NCBI GenBank assembly: GCA_017462965.1
Contig: JAFTQC010000069.1
Coordinates: 4,277-68,276 of the forward strand
DNA: 64,000 bases
Direction of reading: 5' to 3'
Source of the DNA: Clostridia bacterium
GTDB lineage: Bacteria; Bacillota; Clostridia; TANB77; UBA1234
The translations under genes were made by a program, and so were the position numbers. The notes below the pieces were generated by a model, which was given only the letters and a program-made list of their open reading frames with translations, had not been told where the DNA came from and did not search any database. This document shows, in pieces, positions 30,332-39,898 of the stretch. Each line of letters begins with the position of its first letter. The first letter of the stretch is position 1.

Positions 30332-32743
30332 ATGCCAAATAAGGAAAATTCAAATGATAGCAAGAAGCGTAAGAAGAAATCAAAGAAGAAAAAGTCACAT
30401 AAAATTTTGAAAATATTTTTACTAACACTCCTATTTTTATTTTTAATAGGTATGGGATTAGTTGTAGGAGCGATTTCAGCCATACTAAATGGCGCGGGTG
30501 CTTTGTCTAGAGCTGATTTTGAAATTAGTGATTTTACAACAGTTATTTATGACAAAAACGGAAATGAATATGCTACTTTATATAATTCAGAAAATAGATT
30601 TTATTCAGCGTTAGATGAAATGTCTCCGTATTTGCCAAAAGCTTTTATTTCAATCGAAGATGAGCGTTTTGAAACTCACTTCGGAATTGATATAAAACGT
30701 ACAGGTGCTGCTATTGTTAAATTTATTACAACAGGTAACTCTGATTTTGGTGGAAGTACGATTACACAACAATTAATAAAAAAGGTTACTAAAGACGATG
30801 ATCGTAGTTGGCAAAGAAAGGCTAGAGAAATTGTTAGAGCAATTCAAGTTGAGCAATGGCTAACGAAAGATCAGATAATCGAATTGTATATGAATATTAT
30901 CTACTTAGGTAGTGGAGCATATGGTGTTGAAACGGCATCATATACATATTTTAATAAACCTGCGAGTGATTTAACAATTGCAGAATCTGCACTTATTGCT
31001 GGGCTTGCACAGTCGCCAGAAGGTAGAAATCCTTGGAATTATCCGGATAAAGCAAAAGCTAGACAAGAACTCGTGCTAGGAAAAATGCTTGAATGTGGAT
31101 ATATTTCGTCAGGCGAATATGAAGAAGCTAAAGCTCAAGAGTTAGTTTATGAAAAGGGTACACTTGAATCTTCATCAAGTAACACATATTTTGTTGATGC
31201 TTTGGTAGAACAACTTTCAGATGATTTGCAAAAAGAAAAAGGCGTTACAGCTATTATGGCACAAAAAATGATATATTCAAATGGGCTTAAAATATATACG
31301 ACTATAGATCCAGAAATACAAAACATAATGGAAGAGGTATATCAAAATCAAGATTATTTTAAGCTTCGCACAGGAGAATATGATCCAGAACTACAATCAG
31401 CAATGGTAATAATAGATTATACAAAAGGTAATGTTGTAGGCTTAATTGGTGGTGCTGGTGAAAAAACAGTACTAAGAGGATTAAATAGAGCTACGATGAC
31501 ATATAGAGCACCAGGTTCAACAATAAAACCTTTAGCTGTATATGCTCCAGGAATAGATTCTGGTAAATTCACAGCTGCTACAACATTTGACGATATTCCA
31601 ACAACGTTCAAGGTTGGAATAAATTACTGGACTCCTCATAATAGTTATTCGCAACATAGAGGATTAACAACAGTTCGTAAAGCGATTGAAGTATCGAGCA
31701 ATATAATTGCGGCAAAGGCGTTTGAAACAGTTGGTTCAGATTTGTCTATAACATATTTAAAAAAATTCGGAATAACATCTATAGATGATTCGAGGGATGT
31801 ATATCCTGGAGCTCTAGCACTTGGAGGTTTGACAAAAGGAATATCACCATATGAACATGCTGCTGCATATGGTGCGATTGCAAATAGTGGAATTTATTTA
31901 GAACCTAAATTATATACAAAAGTTATTGATAGAAATGAAGAAGTTTTGATTGAAAAAGTTAGTGAACTAAGAGAAGTTATTTCTCCAGCGTCTGCTTATA
32001 TACTTACAAGCATGCTTAGAGACGTTGTTACTGGTGTTAATGCTACAGGTAGTTCAGCGGCTCTTCCAAATGGAATGCCAGTTGCAGGTAAAACAGGTAC
32101 AACAAATGATTCTATGGATAGATGGTTTGCTGGGTTTACACCATATTATGTAGGTTCGGTTTGGGTAGGATATGATGAGCAAAAGACGGTAAATGCATCA
32201 GGAAATCCTGCAGCTAAGATTTGGAAAGCAGTTATGAAAGAAGTACATGCAAACTTAGAAAAGAAAAACTTTACAAAGCCATCAGGTGTTGTTACTGCGT
32301 CTGTTTGTGCAGATTCTGGACTTCTAGCTACAGATATATGTAGAGCTGATCCAAGAGGAGATAGAACAGTTAATGAATTATTTAACAAAGAGTATTTGCC
32401 TACAGAAGAATGTACACTACATGTACTTACACCTGTTTGTGCAGATTCTGGATTACTTGCAAATCCAACATGTTTAAGTATGAATACAACAATAGAAAAA
32501 GTTTGTATTGATAGAAAATATGAAGAACCACCAAAGTCATTACCAAAAGACTATGAATTTGAGGTTCCATTTGATTATTGTGAAGTTCATTATTGTGAAA
32601 AAGATGAATATGGAAATTATATAACACATACATATCCAGATGGTTGGGAAAGCTATATTGAAAGTGGTGAGTTTGAAGAAGACAACTACTATGAAGAAGA
32701 AGGTAGTGGCGAAGATGAACCATTTTGGTGGGAAGAAGAATAG
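30332..32743 (+). CDS. class A penicillin-binding protein (transglycosylase/transpeptidase)
   Basis: N-terminal TM. GT51 motif EDERFETHFGID, transpeptidase STIKP and KTGTT motifs. Acidic C-terminal tail. Confidence 0.85.
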   Translation: MPNKENSNDSKKRKKKSKKKKSHKILKIFLLTLLFLFLIGMGLVVGAISAILNGAGALSRADFEISDFTTVIYDKNGNEYATLYNSENRFYSALDEMSPYLPKAFISIEDERFETHFGIDIKRTGAAIVKFITTGNSDFGGSTITQQLIKKVTKDDDRSWQRKAREIVRAIQVEQWLTKDQIIELYMNIIYLGSGAYGVETASYTYFNKPASDLTIAESALIAGLAQSPEGRNPWNYPDKAKARQELVLGKMLECGYISSGEYEEAKAQELVYEKGTLESSSSNTYFVDALVEQLSDDLQKEKGVTAIMAQKMIYSNGLKIYTTIDPEIQNIMEEVYQNQDYFKLRTGEYDPELQSAMVIIDYTKGNVVGLIGGAGEKTVLRGLNRATMTYRAPGSTIKPLAVYAPGIDSGKFTAATTFDDIPTTFKVGINYWTPHNSYSQHRGLTTVRKAIEVSSNIIAAKAFETVGSDLSITYLKKFGITSIDDSRDVYPGALALGGLTKGISPYEHAAAYGAIANSGIYLEPKLYTKVIDRNEEVLIEKVSELREVISPASAYILTSMLRDVVTGVNATGSSAALPNGMPVAGKTGTTNDSMDRWFAGFTPYYVGSVWVGYDEQKTVNASGNPAAKIWKAVMKEVHANLEKKNFTKPSGVVTASVCADSGLLATDICRADPRGDRTVNELFNKEYLPTEECTLHVLTPVCADSGLLANPTCLSMNTTIEKVCIDRKYEEPPKSLPKDYEFEVPFDYCEVHYCEKDEYGNYITHTYPDGWESYIESGEFEEDNYYEEEGSGEDEPFWWEEE

Positions 32744-32780
32744 AAAATTGCTTAAGAAAAAATAAGGAGGAAGTATTATT

Positions 32781-33896
32781 ATGGTAAAAAAAGTTGGTGT
32801 TATTACTGCAGGAGGAGATTGTCCAGGATTAAATGCGGTTATTAGAGGTATTGTTAAAACTGCCGAATATGCAGGCGTTGAAACATATGGTTTTCTAGAA
32901 GGCTACAAAGGTCTTCTAGAAAATAGATATATTAAATTAGATCCTAAAATTACAAATGGAATAATATCAAAGGGTGGAACAATTTTAGGTTCTAACAATA
33001 AAACAAATACATTTGCTATTCCTGTTAAAAATGAAAATGGTGAGACAGAATATGTTGATAAATCGGTAGAAATCGCTGAGAGATTAAAAAAGGATGGATA
33101 TGATTGTTTAATTATTATTGGTGGAGATGGTTCTTTAAAATCAGCTAGAGACTACACTAGAAGAGGAATTAATGTAATTGGTGTACCAAAGACTATTGAC
33201 AACGATGTTCCACATACTGATACAACATTCGGTTTTTATACTGCTGTAGAAGTTGCTACAGAAGCAATTGATAGAATTAGAACAACTGCTGAATCACATG
33301 GGAGAGTTCTTATTCTTGAGGTAATGGGAAGATATGCTGGATGGATTGCTCTTGCTGCTGGAATTGCAGGTGGTGCGGATACAATATTAATACCAGAAAT
33401 ACCATATGACTTAAATAAAGTTGTTGAAAAAATAAATCAAAGAAAAGATAGAGGTCAAAAATATAGCATAATTGTGGTTGCCGAAGGTGCAAAACCTCTT
33501 GGCGGAGAGCTAACGGTTAAGTCAACAGTTAGCGATAGTCCTGATAAAATCAGACTTGGTGGAGCTGGCGATTATGTTGCAAAGGAAGTTGAAAGACTTA
33601 CTGGCATAGAAGCTAGAAGTACAATGCTTGGCTATTTGCAAAGAGGTGGTAATACAGGTCCTTATGACAGAATATTGTCTACTGAATACGGCTCAATGGC
33701 AATGCAACTTGCAATTGAAGGAAAATTTAATGAAATGGTAACTTTGTTAAATGGTAAGATAACACACGTGCCACTAGATGAAGTTGCTGGTAAAGATACA
33801 AAGATTGGAGAGGAATCTTCAAACATAAAGACTGTAGATTTAGACGGTGATTGGGTAAAAACTGCTAGACGAATTGGAATTTGTTTAGGTGATTAG
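32781..33896 (+). CDS. pfkA: 6-phosphofructokinase (PFK-A family; ATP- or PPi-dependent)
   Basis: VGVITAGGDCPGLNAVIRG, IGGDGS, PKTIDND motifs. Confidence 0.85.
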   Translation: MVKKVGVITAGGDCPGLNAVIRGIVKTAEYAGVETYGFLEGYKGLLENRYIKLDPKITNGIISKGGTILGSNNKTNTFAIPVKNENGETEYVDKSVEIAERLKKDGYDCLIIIGGDGSLKSARDYTRRGINVIGVPKTIDNDVPHTDTTFGFYTAVEVATEAIDRIRTTAESHGRVLILEVMGRYAGWIALAAGIAGGADTILIPEIPYDLNKVVEKINQRKDRGQKYSIIVVAEGAKPLGGELTVKSTVSDSPDKIRLGGAGDYVAKEVERLTGIEARSTMLGYLQRGGNTGPYDRILSTEYGSMAMQLAIEGKFNEMVTLLNGKITHVPLDEVAGKDTKIGEESSNIKTVDLDGDWVKTARRIGICLGD

Positions 33897-33913
33897 TAAT
33901 GGAGAGTGATTTG

Positions 33914-35320
33914 ATGTATAGCAATAAAAAGCTAGAAGAGTTTAAAGAAAACATAAAAGGTAAGTATGTTGCGATAATGGGAATGGGTGTTAGTAACACC
34001 CCTCTCATTAAGTATTTACTTGATTTAGATGTAAATATAACTGTTTTTGACAAGAAGACAGAAGAAGAACTTGGAAAAGCTTTAATTGAAGAATATGTAT
34101 TACAGGGAATTAATTTTTCGCTTGGTGAAGATTATTTAGATAATTTGCATGGATATGATATTATTTTTAGAACACCAGGAATGAGACCTGATTTCCCTGC
34201 TATTCAAAAGGAAATTGAAAGAGGTGCAAGGCTTACTTCAGAGATTGAAATGCTTATTGAATTATGTCCATCAAAGATCATTGCAGTAACAGGAAGCGAT
34301 GGAAAGACAACAACGACAACGCTTATATATAAAATGCTTTGTGAAGAGGGATATAACTGTTATCTCGGAGGAAATATTGGTACACCTTTATTTGCTAGAA
34401 TTGACGAAATGAAGCCAGAAGATATAGTTGTATTAGAACTTAGCAGTTTTCAATTAATGACGCTAGAAAAAAGTCCTAATATTTCAGTTGTTACAAATAT
34501 TTCGCCAAACCATTTAGATGTACATAAATCTTATGAAGAATATATAGATGCAAAGAAAAATATTTTTAAATATCAGACTTCAGATGATATTCTTGTATTA
34601 AATTATGATAACGAAATTACAAATGATTTTGCAAATGAGTCAAAAGGCACAGTTAGGTTTTTTTCTACGAAATCTAAGATTACATCTGGTGTAGCTCTTG
34701 AAGATGGCGAAATCAAGCTTATTGATGAAAAAGAAAAGATTTCTGTAATAAACATAAATGAAATCTTACTTTTGGGAATGCATAATGTTGAAAATGCTTG
34801 TACAGCAATAGCTGCCGTTAAAGATTTGGTTACGATTGAATCTATCCAAAATGTTCTTACAACATTTAGAGGTGTTGAGCATAGAAATGAATTTATTAGA
34901 GAGCTAGATGGTGTTAAATGGTATAACGATTCAATTGGAACCAGTCCTACACGTACAATTGCTGGTCTTGCAAGCTTTAAAGACAAGGTAATCTTAATAG
35001 CTGGTGGTTATGATAAACATTTAGATTATACTGATATGGGTAGATATATTGTTGATCACGTTAAAATTTTGATACTTATGGGACAAACGAAGGATAAGAT
35101 TAAAACTGCCACATTGAATGAAATTAAAGAACGTGGTGGAGATATTGAATTGCCTATATTTGAATGTGAAACACTTGAAGATACGGTAAAAATAGCTTTT
35201 CAAAATTCAGTTAGTGGGGACAGTGTCTTCTTTTCACCTGCAAGTGCTAGTTTTGATATGTTTAAGAACTTTGTTGAAAGAGGAAATAAATTTAAGGATT
35301 TAGTTAAAGATTTAAAATAA
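33914..35320 (+). CDS. Mur ligase family protein, MurD-like (UDP-N-acetylmuramoylalanine--D-glutamate ligase)
   Basis: N-terminal Rossmann-like VAIMGMGVSN, Mur ligase P-loop IIAVTGSDGKTTTTTLI, central and C-terminal Mur domains. Confidence 0.55.
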   Translation: MYSNKKLEEFKENIKGKYVAIMGMGVSNTPLIKYLLDLDVNITVFDKKTEEELGKALIEEYVLQGINFSLGEDYLDNLHGYDIIFRTPGMRPDFPAIQKEIERGARLTSEIEMLIELCPSKIIAVTGSDGKTTTTTLIYKMLCEEGYNCYLGGNIGTPLFARIDEMKPEDIVVLELSSFQLMTLEKSPNISVVTNISPNHLDVHKSYEEYIDAKKNIFKYQTSDDILVLNYDNEITNDFANESKGTVRFFSTKSKITSGVALEDGEIKLIDEKEKISVININEILLLGMHNVENACTAIAAVKDLVTIESIQNVLTTFRGVEHRNEFIRELDGVKWYNDSIGTSPTRTIAGLASFKDKVILIAGGYDKHLDYTDMGRYIVDHVKILILMGQTKDKIKTATLNEIKERGGDIELPIFECETLEDTVKIAFQNSVSGDSVFFSPASASFDMFKNFVERGNKFKDLVKDLK

Positions 35321-35388
35321 AAGCTTGAAACATTAAAAAAATACATATAGAATATAGTAGAAATTACAAAAGAAAAGGGGAATGACTA

Positions 35389-35634
35389 ATGGGCAATATT
35401 TTTAGTAAATTTTTTATGTCTTTTGGATTTAAGAAAAATAAATATTTACCTGCTGGAAATGTGGAAGAAGCCGCTAATTCGATGGCTAATTCGGCCCAAA
35501 AAGAAGAAAGTTATACAACTAACGCTACATATAGTTCTTTAAAACCATTGGCTACGTTCGATTTGAACATTGAAAAGCCAAAGTATGTGGGCGCTATTCC
35601 AGAGGCTACGATTAAGTTTTATCCATTAGATTAG
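35389..35634 (+). CDS. hypothetical small protein (81 aa)
   Basis: RBS aaagggga 6 nt upstream. No motif. Confidence 0.4.
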   Translation: MGNIFSKFFMSFGFKKNKYLPAGNVEEAANSMANSAQKEESYTTNATYSSLKPLATFDLNIEKPKYVGAIPEATIKFYPLD

Positions 35635-35673
35635 GTATTAACTTAAATTAAAAGCATTAGTTAATCAGATACT

Positions 35674-35701
35674 TGACAAATTAAATAAAACAAGATATAA
35701 T
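35674..35701 (+). promoter_or_regulatory. sigma-A-like promoter upstream of the rpmF leader
   Basis: TTGACA - 16 nt - TATAAT. Confidence 0.6.
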
Positions 35702-35844
35702 TTCGTACGTTGACACTAGAAGGTTACGTCGTTTTAGTGTATTTTTTCAGCTAGTCATTGATAATGCGCGTTTTACGCGTTAGATGATAGATAGAATTAA
35801 CACACTTATAATAATAATAAATTGACCTAGAGGAGGGAAATACA

Positions 35845-36042
35845 ATGGCACAACCAAAAAGAAGATGGTCTAAAGCTAGAACTGGTTTAAGAAGATCTAC
35901 ATGGAAATTAGATGCTCCAGGTTTCGTTGAGTGTTCTCATTGCCACGAACCAGTACAACCACACAGAGTATGCAAAAATTGTGGTTACTACGATGGTAAA
36001 GAAGTAATAGCTAAAAAAGAGAAAACAGTAGCTAATGACTAA
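35845..36042 (+). CDS. rpmF: 50S ribosomal protein L32
   Basis: AQPKRRWSKARTGLRRS...C.HC......HRVCKNCGYY pattern of bL32 with Zn-ribbon cysteines. Strong promoter 35674-35701 and RBS gaggaggg. Confidence 0.85.
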   Translation: MAQPKRRWSKARTGLRRSTWKLDAPGFVECSHCHEPVQPHRVCKNCGYYDGKEVIAKKEKTVAND

Positions 36043-36111
36043 TAAAAGCAATTTAAGGCAACTTGATCAAGTTGCTTTTTTTGTTGTTAGGGTAAGAATT
36101 GAGGTGAAATA

Positions 36112-37422
36112 ATGAAAAAAATACTTATAAAAGATGTATTACCTGATTCAATTGCTGAAGAGATGGAAATTGAGGCTGGTGACTATTTATTAACGATTAA
36201 TGATACTGAAATTAAGGATATATTGGATTATAAATACCAAATTTTTGATGAATATGTCGTTGTTACCATTGAAAAATCTGATGGAGAAATTTGGGATGTC
36301 GAGATAGAAAAAGAGGAAAATGAAGATTTAGGTCTAGTTTTTGAAGAACAACTTATTGATAAACCAAGAAGTTGCGCGAATAAATGTATTTTTTGCTTTA
36401 TGGATCAATTGCCTCCAAAGGTTCGTGAAACTTTGATTTTCAAAGATGATGATTTTAGACTTTCGTTTATGACGGGAAATTATGTTACATTTACAAATTC
36501 TGGATATAAGGATTTGGATAGAATTATAAATTATCATTTGACGCCTATTAATGTGTCGGTCCATGCTACAGATCCGGAAGTTAGAAAAATGATGCTTAAT
36601 AATAAGAATGCCGGTTTTATATTGGATTACATAAAGTATTTAACTGATCATGGCATCGGAGTAAATGCGCAGATAGTTTTATGCCCTGGTATAAATGATG
36701 GAGAGGTTTTGGATAGAACAATTCGAGAGCTTTCTGAATTTTATCCTAATTTGTTGTCTATAGCTATTGTCCCAGTTGGACTTACTAAATATAGAGAAGG
36801 ATTATACAAATTAGAGGGATTTGACAAGGTTTCTGCGGGAAAGGTAATAGATCAGGTAGAATCATGGCAAAACAAATTTAAGAAAGAGTATGGTGACAAT
36901 CTTGTTTTTTGTGCAGATGAGTTTTATGTAAAAGCTGAGAGAGAAATCCCTGATTCTAGTAGATATGGCAACTTTGAGCAATTGGAAGACGGCATTGGCT
37001 TACTTGCATATTTTACAATGAATTTTAATAAGTCGCTTATGAGATATAAGCCAAGGAAGATTGAAAAGACGGTTTCTATTGCTACAGGAAAGAGTGCATA
37101 TAACTTCATTCGTGAAAAGGCTGATATATTAGAAAAAACGTTTGATGGACTTAAAGTAAATGTTTATGCAATAGAGAATCATTTCTTTGGTCCTGAAATC
37201 ACGGTGACGGGACTAATTACTGGTGGAGATTTGATAGAAGGGTTGAAAAATAAGGAGATTGGCGAATATTTGGTGATAGATCAGAAAATGTTAAAAGATG
37301 ATGAAGACATATTCTTGGATAATCTTACACTAGAAGAAGTAAAAGATAAATTAGGTGTTGAAATTGTAAAGTGTGAATCATTGGGAAATGGTTTTATAAA
37401 GGCGATTATAAATGGAAGGTAA
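36112..37422 (+). CDS. PDZ-domain radical-SAM-like protein (DUF512 family)
   Basis: N-terminal PDZ-like segment. CANKCIFC equals the CxxxCxxC radical-SAM cluster motif. Terminator hairpin 37418-37447. Confidence 0.7.
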   Translation: MKKILIKDVLPDSIAEEMEIEAGDYLLTINDTEIKDILDYKYQIFDEYVVVTIEKSDGEIWDVEIEKEENEDLGLVFEEQLIDKPRSCANKCIFCFMDQLPPKVRETLIFKDDDFRLSFMTGNYVTFTNSGYKDLDRIINYHLTPINVSVHATDPEVRKMMLNNKNAGFILDYIKYLTDHGIGVNAQIVLCPGINDGEVLDRTIRELSEFYPNLLSIAIVPVGLTKYREGLYKLEGFDKVSAGKVIDQVESWQNKFKKEYGDNLVFCADEFYVKAEREIPDSSRYGNFEQLEDGIGLLAYFTMNFNKSLMRYKPRKIEKTVSIATGKSAYNFIREKADILEKTFDGLKVNVYAIENHFFGPEITVTGLITGGDLIEGLKNKEIGEYLVIDQKMLKDDEDIFLDNLTLEEVKDKLGVEIVKCESLGNGFIKAIINGR

Positions 37423-37447
37423 CGTAACATAATACGTTACCTTTTTG
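37418..37447 (+). terminator. terminator of the DUF512 gene
   Basis: ggtaacgt aacataat acgttacc hairpin plus tttttg. Confidence 0.7.
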
Positions 37448-37476
37448 TTGACTTTTGGAATAAATTTCTGTATAAT
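37448..37476 (+). promoter_or_regulatory. AT-rich sigma-A-like promoter driving the 60%-GC gene 37520-38296
   Basis: TTGACT - 17 nt - TATAAT. Confidence 0.55.
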
Positions 37477-37519
37477 AATACTTGGTAGACCCAATAAATT
37501 TTTGAAGGAGGACACAATC

Positions 37520-38296
37520 ATGTCCAAGAACGCAAGGTCCAACAACAACGCCACCCGCAACACTGCCCGACCGACCGCCGCCCGCAATGCTCAGCAGGTG
37601 CGCAAGCAGCCCGCCAAGCACAGCCGCAAGCCTCAGCAGCCCAAGATGGCGAGCTCTAACAAGTGGATGCTCATCATTGGCGTGGGCTTCCTGGCACTCC
37701 GGCTGATCTTCCCGGATCTGATGGCCATCCTGGGTTCGTCCCTGACCGGCCTGACCATCCTGGCAGTCATCGCGATTGTCCTGGCTGTCGCTGCGTACAT
37801 CTACAACCTGTCCGTTCCGGATTTCATCGGAAGCCTCTTTTCTGGGCTCGTCGGTGCCGTGAACAGCAGGAAGCCTCAGAAGCGTCAGGCTCGCCGCGCC
37901 ACCTCGTACTATGAGGAGGACGAGTTCGAGTATGACGAAGAGGTTGTAGAGCCTGATGAGATTCGCTATGCTGACGAATACGACGACTATGACGACTATG
38001 ATGACTCTCCGGTTGTCGAAGCCGTGGTCGTCGAGGAGGAGCCTCCGGTTCCCCAGATGCATCGTCGTCGCAGGCCTGTAGAGGCTGTGGTCGTCGAGGA
38101 GGAGCCTCAGACCCCGTCTTTTGCTGAAGCTGTGCGGATGCAGAAGCCGAGCGTTGAGGTCCCTGAGGGCTACGAGTGGAAGCTGGAAGGCAACAAGTGG
38201 GCGATTCGCCCCATGACGCCGCCGGATATTGACATTCCGGATGGTTTCGAGTGGAAGCTTGATGGTGGCAAGTGGAAGGTTGCCCCGAAGGCTTGA
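37520..38296 (+). CDS. GC-rich membrane protein with basic N-terminus, two TM helices and acidic internally repeated C-terminus
   Basis: About 60% GC by eye, in contrast to the host. Host-like promoter TTGACT-17-TATAAT at 37448-37476 and RBS gaaggagga. Internal repeats PVVEAVVVEEEP x2 and EGYEWKLEGNKWAIRP/DGFEWKLDGGKWKVAP. Confidence 0.6.
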   Translation: MSKNARSNNNATRNTARPTAARNAQQVRKQPAKHSRKPQQPKMASSNKWMLIIGVGFLALRLIFPDLMAILGSSLTGLTILAVIAIVLAVAAYIYNLSVPDFIGSLFSGLVGAVNSRKPQKRQARRATSYYEEDEFEYDEEVVEPDEIRYADEYDDYDDYDDSPVVEAVVVEEEPPVPQMHRRRRPVEAVVVEEEPQTPSFAEAVRMQKPSVEVPEGYEWKLEGNKWAIRPMTPPDIDIPDGFEWKLDGGKWKVAPKA

Positions 38297-38425
38297 TCGG
38301 ACCGACTACCAGGGGCGCTGCGGTGCAGCGCCCTAATCCATTTTAAATTAATCTTTGGAAAGAAATTTCCGAGGTTAATAAGATAAGAAACTCATACACC
38401 ATGACTAACAACAAGGAGGATAAGT

Positions 38426-39094
38426 ATGGAAATTGCTGCAATGATGGATTACAGCGAAATGGACAAGAATTATCAGGGTTTTATGAAGAACTCCTTTGCG
38501 AGAGCAGAGGCTGCCAGAACGGTTATTCAGGATATCGAAAAGCTGTCTGGCCGGTCATTCACGATTGAAGACGCTGCCAAGATTATCGATGTTATCACTT
38601 GGTGCGATATCGAGGATGGCGTTACCGTTTTCATGCCCTCTGATGCCCCGAAGGATAAGCGCTTTGTTGGTAAGGTTGAGCTTCCCACGGAGCACGTACT
38701 TTTTTATTTCGGCAAAAATCGCGCCGCTGGTGCACGATTCCCTTATGCACTGGGTGTGCGCTTCCGGTTCAAGCAGAATCATGAGCTGCTTCGGATGAAT
38801 CTGGAATATGTGAAGAAGGAGTATCCGACCTTTGCAAAGTCCATTCAGGCTGTTGTAACTCCTGACACCGAGTATCAGCTGAAGGTGTATCCGAAAGCTG
38901 CAGAGTTCTATGCTGCAGTCAGACACCTCAAGGGTGAGTGGCTTATCCAGGAGCCGTCTCACAAGGGTCAGTTTGTTCCCAACAGGGGTATTGGCCTCAA
39001 GGAGAAGAACAGCAATGTTATCCACATCTTCGAGCCGCACCCGCGTGTCAAGGCTTCGAGAAAGTATGCGAAGCGAGTCTGCTTTTCTTTTTAA
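38426..39094 (+). CDS. GC-rich hypothetical protein (222 aa)
   Basis: RBS acaaggagga. Terminator hairpin 39131-39160. No motif recognised. Confidence 0.55.
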   Translation: MEIAAMMDYSEMDKNYQGFMKNSFARAEAARTVIQDIEKLSGRSFTIEDAAKIIDVITWCDIEDGVTVFMPSDAPKDKRFVGKVELPTEHVLFYFGKNRAAGARFPYALGVRFRFKQNHELLRMNLEYVKKEYPTFAKSIQAVVTPDTEYQLKVYPKAAEFYAAVRHLKGEWLIQEPSHKGQFVPNRGIGLKEKNSNVIHIFEPHPRVKASRKYAKRVCFSF

Positions 39095-39130
39095 ATAGAA
39101 TCATTCGCGTACAAAAAATAAATAAAAATT

Positions 39131-39161
39131 CAGCCCTTCAGAGATGGAGGGCTGTTTTTTA
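39131..39161 (+). terminator. terminator of the GC-rich 222-aa gene
   Basis: cagccct tcagagatgg agggctg hairpin plus tttttt. Confidence 0.75.
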
Positions 39162-39164
39162 TAC

Positions 39165-39218
39165 AGAAAAACACGTAAAGCCGCCCACCCAATTCCAGGG
39201 TGAAAGCGGCTTTACGTG
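39165..39218 (-). terminator. terminator of the minus-strand 70-aa gene
   Basis: 13-bp perfect stem cacgtaaagccgc/gcggctttacgtg with a plus-strand A-run (minus-strand T-run) adjacent. Confidence 0.7.
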
Positions 39219-39282
39219 CGGTAAAACAAAGATCACGGCCAGCCATTGGTGGCCGTGTCAAGCCTACACAAGGCATGATGTC

Positions 39283-39495
39283 TTAGGTGTCACGCCCGAT
39301 CACGGTGAATCCATCACGGGAATACACGTCGATAGGCGGACGCCAGTAGTTGCGGTTGGGAAACTTCTCCCGATAGGCTTTGATGGAGGGGTGAATAGGA
39401 TCCGTGACTTTTTCTGCCGGATTCTCGACAATTACGACAGGGCAAATGGGTGCGGGAGCCGGGTTGGTGCAGTTGTACTTGTTGTTGTCAGACAT
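39283..39495 (-). CDS. GC-rich small Cys/Pro-containing protein (70 aa) with own promoter and terminator
   Basis: RBS aaggagg. Minus-strand promoter TTGAAA-17-TATTAT (about 39520-39560 plus coords). 13-bp perfect-stem terminator 39172-39218. Confidence 0.5.
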   Translation of the reverse strand: MSDNNKYNCTNPAPAPICPVVIVENPAEKVTDPIHPSIKAYREKFPNRNYWRPPIDVYSRDGFTVIGRDT

Positions 39496-39581
39496 AGAAA
39501 CTTCCTCCTTGAAGAGTTATTTTATCCATTAACATAATAACACAAGTGTACATAAATTTCAATAGCGCAAATTTAAATGGG

Positions 39582-39611
39582 TTGACTTTTTCAAAAAAAA
39601 AGTATATTATT
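39582..39611 (+). promoter_or_regulatory. promoter of the T-box/pheST transcript
   Basis: TTGACT followed by TATATT/TATTAT at 15-18 nt spacing. Confidence 0.5.
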
Positions 39612-39639
39612 ATTACAGTTTTTGGTGTTGATTACATAT

Positions 39640-39885
39640 TTAGTAGTTTGTTTGACCTCTTACAGGAATGAAAAGCCACCGGCTGAGAGCTTTTCAAAGA
39701 TAAACAAATAAATGAATTTCGGATGTAGGAGCCATGTTATGAAAATAACACGTGTTAAGAGCGTTAATCTTTTTCAAGTGTCGATTTGTGCAAGCACGAG
39801 TCGGAATTTGGGTGGTACCGCGATAAGCGCTAAAAATGTTTATTCGTCCCAAGCATGAGAGAAATCCCGTGCTTGGGATTTTTGT
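39640..39885 (+). promoter_or_regulatory. T-box riboswitch leader (Phe specifier) controlling pheST
   Basis: T-box sequence aatttgggtggtaccgcg at 39805-39822. Terminator hairpin 39847-39878 plus T-run. Stem-I-like UGAGA and a UUC(A) specifier candidate near 39690. Promoter TTGACT at 39582. Confidence 0.8.
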
Positions 39886-39898
39886 TGTCTCAAAAAAA

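Noticed and set aside
37406-39537. Numerous overlapping ORFs in the GC-rich block (for example 37406-38062 minus, 37663-37914, 38496-38798, 38555-39040, 38938-39537)
   Set aside because: High GC suppresses stop codons in all frames. Only the frames with RBS plus promoter/terminator and sensible protein features were kept.
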